The notes under the pieces: model-generated | The model's input: only the letters and a program-made list of their open reading frames with translations | The model's database searches: none | What the model was told of the DNA's origin: nothing | Shown: positions 52,031 through 63,363 of the stretch, piece by piece | How the letters are laid out: every line of letters begins with the position of its first letter | Numbering within the stretch: position 1 is the stretch's first letter | Origin: Torpedo marmorata | Lineage: Eukaryota | DNA: 64,000 bases | Assembly (NCBI GenBank): GCA_977017645.1 | Contig: OZ360219.1 | Coordinates: forward strand, 254,634,001-254,698,000 | Direction of reading: 5' to 3' | Position numbers and translations under genes: made by a program

Positions 52031-52874
52031 AGAAAGAAATATGGGAAATACAGGTAATCACTGCGTTATTAACATCCACTTCCACTGATTTGCCCTGAGG
52101 CAAAGGAAAAATCTAATTTGAGATATTTTTACATATGTAATTATTTAAATGGGAACTCCTGCAAACTAAATGTGCAGGGTCTAACCCACCAGAAACACTG
52201 AAGATTTGATTGAAATATTCAGGCATTTCAACGAAGCACACTGCAAAACTTTGAGACCCATTGCTAGTAGGCATTTGAACTGTACTAAATAAAGAATATC
52301 ATACAACTAGCTGTCAGGATCCCCTGAAGCCCTGCTGGCTAGTACATCTGTAACTGTTGGCTTCTACTTGCTATTCTGCTCAGAAGCATATGAATCAAGC
52401 AACAGCAACATGGAAAATGATTTTGACCTCATAGTTCATGTGTTGAGGTTTGCAGAAAAATAATTGACCCTGTTCCTTTATGCCATCCAGGTATCCCAAT
52501 TCAGAATAGACTGCAATCATTCTTCCCTTTTCCCATTCCCTGTCAGGAACAACAGTTGTTTGGGTAAAGAGCTGAATATTTTCCTGCTCAGGTGGAATCA
52601 CACATTTATCTCACAGATTCAAAGATGGAGGCAAAAGCTCAATAACAAATAACAAAATGGGGCAGAATTTCTTTGCTTCAGCTGGAGTTGGAGGTCCACA
52701 GAAACCACTTACCTATATGGCAAAACCTGTGGATCTCCATGACCAACTCCCCCCACCGTGAATCCAAAATGGATTCTCAAACACTGCAAATCACGGAGAT
52801 ATCGCTGACAGCTGGTGAAGCTGCACGGCAAGACAATAGATTTCTGGAGCATGATAGATTTTTAGAGGGTGTAA

Positions 52875-53165
52875 CATTTTTTTAGATAAAACTAGAGGAC
52901 ATAGGTTTAGGGGTAGGGTGTGATTTAGAGGTCATCTGAAAGGGATGTAGTTCACTGAGAGAGTGGTGAGTACCTGGATTACACTGCCTGGGAGAGTGAT
53001 GGAATTAGAGTCACTGACAGCATTTAAAAAGTGTTGAGACGAGCACTTCAATTGCCTCAGCATAGAAGGCTATGGGCCAAGCACTGGAAGATGGGATTAA
53101 TGCAGTCGATGTGGATGTGATGGACTAACTCCCTGTTTCAATGATTTATGACTCTATGACTCTGT
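52875..53165 (+). mobile_element. CR1 3' end
   Basis: KTRGHRFR..FTERVVSTWITLP; tail (TATGACTC)n. Confidence 0.75.
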
Positions 53166-53239
53166 TAAGGGAATCAAATGCAAGAAGTTAATGCAAGGAA
53201 GTGGCAAAGAGTAGGCATTTCATTTCTTATGTTCTTGTA

Positions 53240-53925
53240 TTATAGAATATATATGTATTTGATATATTTACAGTATGTACAGTATATATGTGATTATTGT
53301 GCACTATGTTTGCTTCGTCCGCACCAGTGACAGAGACCTCCCAGTAGCCAACCATTTCAGTTCTGTGTCACACTCCCATACTCATATGTCTGTCCATGCC
53401 TTATGTACTATCCCACCAAGACCACCGTAAATTGAAGGAACACCACCTGATTTTCCATCTGGGCACTCTCCAGCCAGATGGCATTAACATAGACCTTCCT
53501 GGTTTCTGCTTACCTGCTCTACTCTCCTCCCTCTTCCCTCCCCCCTTCCCTTCCCCCTTCCAGTTCTCCTCCCCTCCTCTTCCCTCTCTATTCATCCAGC
53601 CATCCCTCCTCCCCTTGCTTGCTGCTGTCCTCTCCCTCCCTTCTCCACCTATTACCTCCTGCCTTTGCGACCACGCCTCCCTCCCTACTCTTTTATTCAG
53701 ACGCCTGCCAAAATCTTTCCATACCTTGATGAAGGGCTCAAGCCCGAAACGTCAGTTATGTATTTTTACCTTTGCTATATAAAGGACACTATTTGACCTG
53801 CTGAGTTTCTCCAGCATTGTTTTTTTACTTATGCGCTATAGTATGTACGCACCGTGGTCTGGAGAAACTGTTTCGCCTGGTAGCATATGTACAGTCAGAT
53901 GATAATAAACTTGAACTTGAACTTA
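53240..53925 (+). mobile_element. Rex1 3'UTR interrupted by a Penelope 3' fragment (~53312-53830)
   Basis: Rex1 tail GATAATAAACTTGAACTTGAACTT; insert encodes LPVANHF..KEHHLIFHLGTLQPDGINID followed by the Penelope 3'UTR. Confidence 0.8.
53720..53760 (+). ncRNA. Minimal type I hammerhead ribozyme motif in Penelope 3' repeat
   Basis: CATACC TTGATGA A GGGC TCAA GCCC GAAA CG TC AGTTATG; predicted cleavage after 53753. Confidence 0.7.
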
Positions 53926-54923
53926 CGTTCTGTCAAAATATTGAATGTCTGTAAATATCTTACGTCCACAAACATTCTAAAACTTTCAAAAGCTATTAAA
54001 ATTAATCTTAAAATTTAAAGTTATAAAAGTGACAATACAAATTAAAATGCATAAAATGTTAGAAACACCCAAAACAATTACGGTAAATATTTAAATTAAC
54101 TCAAATCTTAAAAATATAAAGGACCTTAAACTTACCTCTCTTTCACGCAGCTATTCCCCTCTATCCCAATGGGCATATTTCCCAAAATAACTGTGAGGAA
54201 ACTCCTTGATGAGTCCAGCATCAACACTCGAGCTGTAATTGGGTTGTGTGGAAATCTGTGATTTTGGAGTTTGCACATACTTCCACACAACTCGAGCTTC
54301 CTGACCAGAATGGCGGTAAAAGTCACCATTTCATGAAAAAAAAAGCGCCATTATTTTGGTTGAAGATGAAAGTTGATCAAAGAAGGATGTTTTGATCACA
54401 GGTTCCTGACTCTTAGATTAAATTAATCGACTTGAATTTTGACCTGTACATTTCAGGCTGAATAAAGCTTAATTTCATTGTTCATTGTTGATCCTTTCAT
54501 TACAATTGTATGTTTGCCTGTTGTAATTGAAGTCTCCTTTATGTCATAAGATAGAACCACCTTGGAAAGATTGATTGATATTTTCCATGAGGTTTGTTTT
54601 AAATAAAGAACCTTTACTGTATTTATATCCACATCTGGTCATCTGGGAGTTCAACTACTCAACATACATTCACAGAGGAATCATAAATTCCTTTGATTGC
54701 AATTAATTGCCAAAATAAATGATGAAATGATAAGATTCTTAACTGAAAGTGGATTTTTAGCATTGATAACACTGGACAACAATTTTTTTCAAAAGATTTG
54801 CTTCCTGGGAAAATTTCAAGCAAAACCCAGGTTGTCGGCATGTAACGTGTCTCACAGAAAGTGATGCAATAAGAAAACATAATGGATAAAAAGAAACAGA
54901 TAAATTGGACAAAGATTTAATAA

Positions 54924-55535
54924 CATTGGACAACAATTTTTTTTCAAAAGATATGCTTCCTGAAAAAAGATTGAGGATTATGATCAACAACTTCAAGCTG
55001 AAGACTAAGATAATTTCAGATTTGCTGTATCACGTAGGAAGTTGGAGAAATATTAAATTAACTTTTATTGAATTTAGCATGTTTAATCGCATAATGATGC
55101 TAACACATTGTGTTATTCAACTGACCTAAAAATGTTTTGCCGCTGATTTTCATTTGCACTCAGTATCTGATGCCTCTCATGTCAGTGTCCAACAATAGTT
55201 GACCTGCATTGATGGATTCCAGTTGCCCTGATACCGCGTTTCCATGGTCGCAATGTCCTGGTGAAATCTTTCACCATGTTTGTCACTGACTGCACCAAGA
55301 TCAGCAGGGAAGTCCAAGTGCGAATGCAGAAAATGAATTTTCAATGATATGTTGCACTTCATGGTTTTGTATGCTTGAAGTAGACTAAAAATATGACAGG
55401 AAATCACAAAAATAAGTTATATTCAAAAAACGGTACGTGCTAAGAAAATTTTAAGGTGATTTTCATGATCAGTAGCCCGAAATCTGTAAAATACAGCCAA
55501 AAGTGTTCAGGAAGCAAAATCTTCGTTGTCCAGTA
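54924..55535 (-). mobile_element. Internally deleted Chapaev3-like (CMC) DNA transposon
   Basis: Transposase C-terminus SLKIHFLHSHLDFPADLGAVSDKHGERFHQDIATMETRYQGNWNPSM..YCW (55177-55407); TIR CAyTGGACAAC..GATwTGCTTCCTG at both ends; TAA duplication at 54921-54923 and 55536-55538. Superfamily call is from recalled motif and TIR/TSD pattern. Confidence 0.75.
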
Positions 55536-57249
55536 TAATAGGTTCTTTCCCCTGGCCTCTAATCTTATTTGAGGCTATGCTATATAAATGAATGAGTGTG
55601 AACCATTTTAAATCAGTTCATGTTGCTCAGTATGAAGTGGGAGACAGAAGTTTTTAATGATCTGTGATTCGATACCATATCAATTCTTTGCTTCACGGAA
55701 TCTGAATGGTCTTTTTGCTCATATTGTAACAAGAGAATGCACAACCAAAAAGAGGTTTCAATTGGTGTCAAATACAATTTGTGGATGTGATTCCATTGCA
55801 TTCAAAGAATCAAAGGACATTACAGCACAATTCAGGCCATTCATCCGATGTTGTGCTAACCTATGTCAACCTACTCCACAACAATCTAATCCTTCCCTAC
55901 TTCACACCCATAAAATCTCCCTTACAGCCATGTGCCTATCTAAGAGTATTTTAAATGTCCCTATTGTACCAGTCTCCACCCCCAGTAATGCATCCACTAT
56001 TCTCTGTGTAAAAAACTTACCTCTGACATCTCCCCTTTCCTCCATTAACCTTAAGCAGATGTCCTCTGGTCTTTATTATTTTTGCCCCAGGCAAAATATG
56101 CTGGCTGTCCACCCTGTCTATGCCTCTCATAATCTTATAAACCAGGAGTAAGTCACCTCTTGACCTTCGCCGCTCCAAATTGAAAAGCCCTAGCTTGGCC
56201 AACCTTGCTTCATGAGACATGTTCTCTAATCCAGGCAACATCCTCATAAATCTCCTCTGCACCCTCTCTGAAGCTTCAACATCCTTCCTATAATGAGGCG
56301 ACCAGAACTGCACACACTATTCCAAGTGAAGTCTTACCAGAATTTTATAGAGCTGCAGCATTACCTCAAGCCTCTTGAACTCAATCCCCTGACTAATGAA
56401 GGCCAGCACACCATACGCTTTCTGAACCAGTCTATCAATTTGTGCAGTAATCTTGAGGGATCAATGAACCTGGACCCAAGATCTCCCCGTTTCTCCACAT
56501 TGTTAAAAATCCTGCCATTAACCACAAACTCTGCCTTTAAGTTCGACCTTCTAAAATGCATCACCACACTTATCCAGATTGAACTCCATCTGCCACTTTT
56601 CCACCCAACACTGCATCCTGTCTACATCCTTTTATAACTGATGACAGTTTTCTACACTATCCACAACACCTCTAACCTTTGTGTCATCTATAAACTTACT
56701 TCTTCATCCAAGTCATTTATAAAAATCACAAACAGCAGGGGTCACAGAAAAGATCCTTGTGGATCTCCTCTGGTCACTGACCTCCTGGCAGAATATGCTC
56801 TATCACCCTCTGCCTTCTGCAGACAAGCCAATTCTGAATCCACGGAGCCAAGGTTCCATGGATCTCATGCCTCAATGAGACTGCCATGGGGGACCTTCTC
56901 AAATACCTTACTAAATTCTATGTACACACACCCACCACCCTACCTTCATTAATTTCTTTTGTCACCTCTCAAAGCCATGCAGACTTTAACTGAGAAGACT
57001 ATGCTTCTCTAAATTCTTATAAATCCTGTCCCTAAGAATCTTCTCCAATAGTTTGCCCATCACTGACATTAGACTCACTGGGCTATAATTCCCAGTATTT
57101 TCCCCATAACCTTTTGTAAACAAGGAGACTATATTTACCATTGTCCAATTCCCTGGTACCTCTAATGAGGTCATTGCTAATGGCCCAGAAATCTCTTTGC
57201 TTGCTTTCTATAGTAACCTGGGGTCTATCTCATCCTGCCCTGGGGACTT

Positions 57250-57984
57250 CACGATTCAAACAGTCACCATTAGCGTCGCCTGGTGCACCTTACAATAAGA
57301 GAGAAAGAGAAGCAAAAGAGAGTCCCTTCAGTGTCCGTGGATTCACCTCCAGCGCTTCCGCAACCTCTGCAGCTGCACAGACTCCAATTCAAACCATCGG
57401 CAACCCGATCTTCAGATCTAAACCTCCAAAACGATCAGGAAAGCATCAGTGCCTGAGGCCCTTTGGGAGCCCTTCTTGCCCTCAGCACCCTCTCAAATCC
57501 TGGCTCTGATACTTGGTTCCCATGAACCAGTCTCCAGCAGCTTGTGCGGATCCTCCAACTGCAAGTTGCCCGCAGCCTGTGTGGATCTCTCAGCCACTGA
57601 GCCGCTGCCGTGGTCACCTTCCCTGTTGGGTCATCTCCTCTGCTTCTCCTTCTCAATGAGGGGGGAGGTGGGGGTTGGGGGTTCTTCCTGTTTTCTGGTT
57701 CCCTGCAGCAGTCTGCTGCTCCCTGGAGTCTGCAACCTCTTGTAGCCGCTGCCAAGCACAGGCACTGCCAACTTGGGCACAGACCTCCGCGGTTGTAAGA
57801 TTCTATTTACAAACACCATAGATTCCTTTAACAGGCCGTTTAAAGGCTGTATGGAGCCGTCGGCATTAGGATCGGGCGGTTGAACCCTTTCGAGCAGCAC
57901 TGTGTCTCCGATCTCTGCTCTCCCGGGTCTGCACCAGCGACAGCACAGCCATTACAGCAGCTCCAGCAGCGCCGCCATTATTCC
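57250..57984 (-). mobile_element. GC-rich non-coding retroelement, copy 3, with TSD
   Basis: 6-bp TSD GGACTT at 57244-57249 and 57985-57990; starts GGAATAATGGCGGCG, ends TTTGAATCGTG; homologous to ~13865-14610. Confidence 0.82.
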
Positions 57985-59364
57985 GGACTTATCTATCCAA
58001 ATCTTTTTTAACCTCAACATACTCCAGCGTATTTGCCTGTTCTACACCCACCTTAGATTCACTAAGCTCCCGCTCCCTGCTAAACAGTGAAGGAAAGTAT
58101 CTATTTAGGATGTCACCTATCTCTTTTGCCTCTAGACACGTTCCCCACTTTATCACTCAGCAGCCCTACTCTCACTCTAGTCATCCTTCTGATCTTCATG
58201 GACATTTAGAACATCTTAGGGTTTTCTTTAATCCCACTCGCAAGATCTTCTCATGTCCCCTTCTAGCTCTCCTAAGTCTTTTCTTCAGTTTGTACCTGGC
58301 TACCATATAATTCTCATGAGCCCTTCCTGAAGTTTGCTTCCTAGACCTTATGTATGCTTCCTTCTTCCTCTTGACTCACTGTCCCACCTTTCTTGTCCTT
58401 TAGTCTCCTATCTTTTCCCTGTATCAGTGGGACAAGCCTATCCAGGACCCAACACGTTTGGTCCCTAACCATCCTCCACATTACAACTGTGCATTTCCCT
58501 GGGAACATCTGTTCCCAATTGACTCTTCTGTTCCTGCCTTATCCTATGGTAATTAGCCCTTTCCCAATTAAACACTTTCCCATTTTGTCTACTCCTATCT
58601 TTGTGTAAAGCTATGCTAAAGGTCAGGGAGTTGTGGTCACTGTCTCCAAAATGCTCACCCACCGAGATATCTGTCAGCTGATCAGCATTATTACCCAGTA
58701 CTCAATCCAGCAAGGCCTCTCCTCTAGTTGGCTTGTCCACATTCTGTGTCAGGGTTCCTTCTTGGACATATCTGACAAATTCTGCCAATCTGAACCTTTA
58801 CCCCTGAGCAGGAACCAGTCAAAATTGGGGAAGTAAAGTTTCACATGAAAACAACCCTGTTTTTTTTGCACCATTCCAAAATCTGCCTACTTATCTGCTT
58901 CTCGGTGGCCGGGTGGCTATTTCGGGGCCAATAGAATACTCCTAATAGAGTGATCACTCTTCCTGTTTCTGACTTCTACCCATAATAACTCAGTGGAAGG
59001 TCCCTCCAAAACATCCTCCTTTTCTGCTGCTGTGATACTACCCCTGTTCAGCATTGCCACTCCCCCCCTCTTTCTCCCCCTCCCTATCCCTTCTGAAACA
59101 TCTAAACCCCAGTCATGCTGTCAATCCTGACAGGCCAATCCATTCAGCCAGGTCTCTGTAATGCCACAACATCGTAATTCCATGAATTGATCCTTGTTTG
59201 AAGTCATCACCCTTATTCTTAATACTTCTCACATTAAAGTAAAAACATTTCAACCCATCCAACTGACTTCATCTATGCTCCGTCACTGATTGTCCTTCCT
59301 CACAGTCTCACTATACATTGCATTTATGTTTCCACCAACTGCTCCATTATCTGACCTCACACTG

Positions 59365-60093
59365 GAGTCTCTCTTCCCACCATGACCATGACGGACATCT
59401 ACAACACACGATGCAGGAGGAAGGCTAATAACATTGTGAAGGACTTCTCACATCCCTTTTGTAAACCATGGCCTCATGTACTATCCCACCCAGACTACCC
59501 GCAAATTGGAGGAACAACATCTCATATTCCGTCTCGGCACTCTCCAGCCAGATGGCATTAACATTGACTTTTCTGCTTTCCACTAAACCTGCTTGTTGTT
59601 CCCTTCCCCTCCCCCCTCACCTGTCCTTCCTGTTTTTCTCCAGCTACCTAGCCATCCCTCCTCCCCCTCTTTGCTGCTGTCCCCTCCCTACTTTCTCCAC
59701 CTATCATCTCCTGCCTTTGCCATCCCCCTTCCCCCCTCACTCCTTTGTTCGGACGCCTGCCGGCATTTTCTCATACTTTGATGAAGGGCTCAAGCCCGAA
59801 ACGTCAGTTATGTATTTCTACCTTTGCTACATAAAAGACACTGTTTGACCTGCTGAGTTCTCCAGCATTTGTGTTTTTTACTTTAACCACGGTGTCTACA
59901 GATTTTCGTGTTTTACTTTTCCCCCAAGCCATCAGGCTCCTCAATTTTTAGATATATATGTGTATTAGCATGTTATAGTTTTTTAATTGTATTATGATAT
60001 TTATGTACATCTGCCCATGGTCCTGGAGAAACGCTATCTCGTCTTACTGTGTATATGGTAATGAACGACAAATAAAGGTGACTTGACTTGACT
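59365..60093 (+). mobile_element. Short Rex1 3' copy (same family as 1415-2435) containing a Penelope 3' fragment (~59467-59916)
   Basis: 59365-59466 and 59917-60093 align to ~2084-2179 and ~2250-2435; the insert aligns to the reverse complement of ~31100-31605. Confidence 0.88.
59772..59812 (+). ncRNA. Minimal type I hammerhead ribozyme motif in Penelope 3' repeat (best-paired copy)
   Basis: Helix I CATACT/AGT(T)ATG, core TTGATGA (59778-59784), extra A, helix II GGGC-TCAA-GCCC, GAAA, palindromic ACGT, predicted cleavage after GTC at 59805. Confidence 0.72.
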
Positions 60094-60769
60094 TTGGTTC
60101 ACATTCCCCTCCCTAGATAGTTTAAACTCTCCCCAATAGCTCCAGCAACCCTGCTCACAAGGATATTGGTCCCTCTGCAGTTCAGGTGCAACCCGTGCCT
60201 TTTGTACAGGTCATTCCTCCCCCAGAAGTGATACCAACGATCTACTAATCTGACTCCCTGCATAGACACCAATTCCTCAGCCACAAATCTTTCTATTCTT
60301 GCCTTTACTGGTGCATGGCACAGGAAGCAATCCAGAGATTACTACCCTTAAGGTCCTGCATTTAAGCTTGCTTCATAAATCTCCATATGCTAACCATGCC
60401 GCCCATTTTTAATTATTTTAATTTGCATAATATGATGAAAAAATTGATAGTTAAGTCACTGGCTAGTCAGCTCAAAGTTGTGACACCTGGCCAGACAGGC
60501 CATTGATATTTGACCTCTGATCACTGATTTAAAATGATCTTAGTTCAGAGGAAACGTAAGTTTTAGGCTTGAGGAACAATCAGCTATAGTTCTCAGCAAT
60601 GATGTTGCTGCTCAGTTACACATGCAGTTAGTTATTTATGCATGAACTGAATGAAGTTTCATACATATTGGTGGGAGCCACATATTGACCAAAATATATA
60701 AGTAATCCAGGTGGGTGTTTAAATTAAAAGCTGTTAGTTTCATGTTCACCATTATTAATATGAACTTTT

Positions 60770-60890
60770 ACAAAAAAATTCAGATTTATTGAATAACTTA
60801 CATCTAAATTCCTCATCTGTTGTGATTGGGTTTGAGCTCATGTCCCTGGACCAATGTGGATGCTAATCCATTAATTTAACCAATATGATG
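60770..60890 (-). mobile_element. Ancient tRNA-derived SINE head remnant
   Basis: Reverse complement contains a decayed box B-like GAGCTCAAACCC and a tRNA-like 5' part. Confidence 0.4.
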
Positions 60891-61992
60891 TATGATGGTG
60901 TTGATTTCACATGGGTGGATGATGGTCAGACGCATAAACAGACCTAATTCCGATGCCCCTATGGACAAAAGCTCTATTTTAATTTTTGTTTAGGACAGAT
61001 ATGACAAGGGTTATTTCAGCAGAGTGCAGAAGGGTTTCAGCTGTTTATGGCATGAGTGAACACCTTGAGAAGAGAACTAAATGTAAGAGCAAGTTCATTG
61101 AATGTAGCCTGAGGTTAGGATTCAGTATTAAGCCAGTATACAGGGGGTTTTGCATTGTACAGCATTTGAGGTATATTTGAGTATTACATGTTAATTCTAC
61201 AAAGAAGTAAAGGTATGTTATATTTTCCAGCACTAGAATGCTTTATGATCAGCACAAAACACTTAACCCACTAATGCAATAATAAAAATGCAATTCATAT
61301 TTTAATGACTAGAAGGGTTAAATAGTGTGAAGGAGTCAATAGGCTGCAGACAGCATCACCAAATATGCTATTTTGAAATGATCCATCATCTACAGGCAGC
61401 AAAACGAGAGTGCTGCTTGAGGAGATTGTTTAGTTGAATTTCGATTTACAACTCTTCATTTTTTTTCAGTTTTTCTGATCGAGCACATCTAAAAATAATG
61501 CCTTCAGGAGACTGTGCCACATATAAGCAGCAGATCTGTGCAGGCCAAACATGTGCATCTGTAGATGTTGCAAACTCTGGAGGAGCTTCCCTCATAATCT
61601 AAGGCTATAGTTCATAAAATACACCATAATTTTTTGCTGTTTGAGTAAATACAGTTTATTGTGGAAGAATATACACCTACACAGGTACTCTATGGATCTG
61701 TGTTCAGATCTCTTTGGACTAAGCATAAATTATTTTGATGATGAAATAAAAGGAATAATATCTAATGTTGCCAAAATTAGCAGGCAAGGGAAACTGTCAA
61801 AAGGACATGGATACATTTTGGAATGCATTTCAATAGAGATAGAAAGAAGAGTTTGAGAGTGGAAATAGTGATTTTTTTAAAAAGAGAAGAATAAAGAAGG
61901 ATCACCTCTCCCAGCAGATAAAACTAAGAAGACTGTTTAAATAACTCAAAAAAATCAAGAATACCACAAAAAGAGCTATTACTACTTTAAGA

Positions 61993-63363
61993 ATGGCTGG
62001 CAGAAAAACGAAAGAACAAAAAGCTAAAAAAACCATGGTTCAAACGACTTTATTACATGAAGAGAAAAGGCCTACCTTGGAGATGGAGCCTGGGACTGTC
62101 CTGCAGTTGAAGCCTGGTAAGCGACCTGGCAAACGCTCGTCTGAATCGGGAACGCCGACGCTACCTCCGCAGGGAGCTGCGGAAGATGGCGCCGGCGCCC
62201 GACTCAAAACTACAAAAAGATTGGAAGAACAAGCGCGCATGCGCAGAATTGCCGATTTGCAAATGCAATTATATGAGGCCAGTGTGACGTCAACGGAGGC
62301 TCCCCAGACTATACTACAGGCTGGGAAGCCAGCAACATCGTCGGAATCTGAAGGAGAGAAAGAAGATAGCCAGCTGGGAGAAGAAGATATTGAAGATTTT
62401 GATACATATGAAGGTGATATGCAGAGAAAATTAAGTACAATGCAAGAGAATATTTTACAGGCTATAGCAAAATTGGAAAGGAAAATGGATGCTAAGCTTA
62501 ATATGACTATAAGTAAAATACAAGATGAATTTATAGAAATAAAAAAGAATATGGGAAGACTGGAGAGTGCTGTAAATAAAGTGGATGAGAGAGTTAAAAG
62601 AATGGAAGAAGAAACTGAAAATAATAAGCATGAAGTTGAATATTGTAGAGATAGAGTGGATAAGATGGAAGATACCTTTACTGGATGGCAAAAGCAAAGA
62701 GATGAAATGATGTTGAAAATAGAACAGATGGAAAATCAAAGTCGCAGAAATAATGTGAAAATATTGGGAATACCTGAAAATTTTGAATCTATAGATACGG
62801 TTAAGTTTTTTCAAGACTGGCTGAAGCAGACTTTTGGATTTGACCAACCAATAGAGCTTGAACGTGCTCATAGGATTGGAAGGAGAGATCAGATAGATCG
62901 GAGACCACGTCCAATTTTGATGAAGTGTTTGAGATATCAAGACAGAGAAAGAATTATAAGATCAGCAATTCAATATGCACGTGATAATGGTGCTCCGATG
63001 CAAATTCAAGGGAATAGAATTCTCTTCTATCCTGATTTGAGCCCTATGTTGGTCAAACAACGTAAAGAGTTTAATCCTGCTAAGGCAAAGTTATGGGAGA
63101 AAGGCTATAAATTTTCGTTTAAATATCCGGCGACTTTGAGAATTCAAAATGGTGATGGTTCTATATTATTTATGGATCCTCGACAAGCTGAGTTACATGC
63201 AAATAATCTTCCGAATCTGAGAAGAGTCTATACTGTGAGTAACATTCAACAAGCGCAAGAAAGTCAAGTAAGAAGAGAGAATGAACTGCCGGGTTTGATA
63301 ACCGAAGAAGCTGCCCTGGTTCAGATTGAAGAAGAAAGTGAAAATTTAAGAGGAGTTAACTAA
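61993..63363 (+). CDS. L1 ORF1 protein (456 aa; coiled coil, RRM, CTD)
   Basis: ENQSRRNNVKILGIPE, IELERAHRIG, RPRPILMKCLRYQDRE, FYPDLS, KYPATLRI. Confidence 0.93.
   Translation: MAGRKTKEQKAKKTMVQTTLLHEEKRPTLEMEPGTVLQLKPGKRPGKRSSESGTPTLPPQGAAEDGAGARLKTTKRLEEQARMRRIADLQMQLYEASVTSTEAPQTILQAGKPATSSESEGEKEDSQLGEEDIEDFDTYEGDMQRKLSTMQENILQAIAKLERKMDAKLNMTISKIQDEFIEIKKNMGRLESAVNKVDERVKRMEEETENNKHEVEYCRDRVDKMEDTFTGWQKQRDEMMLKIEQMENQSRRNNVKILGIPENFESIDTVKFFQDWLKQTFGFDQPIELERAHRIGRRDQIDRRPRPILMKCLRYQDRERIIRSAIQYARDNGAPMQIQGNRILFYPDLSPMLVKQRKEFNPAKAKLWEKGYKFSFKYPATLRIQNGDGSILFMDPRQAELHANNLPNLRRVYTVSNIQQAQESQVRRENELPGLITEEAALVQIEEESENLRGVN

Larger units (their letters stand above)
55805..60375 (-). mobile_element. 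Long decayed CR1 LINE with nested insertions
   Basis: ORF1 esterase (LYKRHGLHLNCRGTNIL) at ~60100-60370; EHFGDSDHNSL, GNYSPVSLMSVMGKLLE, QFWSPHYRKD; tail near 55805. Confidence 0.85.

Noticed and set aside
52659-54330. Possible ancient MITE with AT-rich core (similar patches at ~23690-24180 and ~39930-40430)
   Set aside because: Could not establish matching terminal repeats or a TSD by eye.
62455-62940. 161-aa antisense ORF in L1 ORF1
   Set aside because: Hydrophobic shadow of an A-rich coiled-coil coding strand; no independent evidence.
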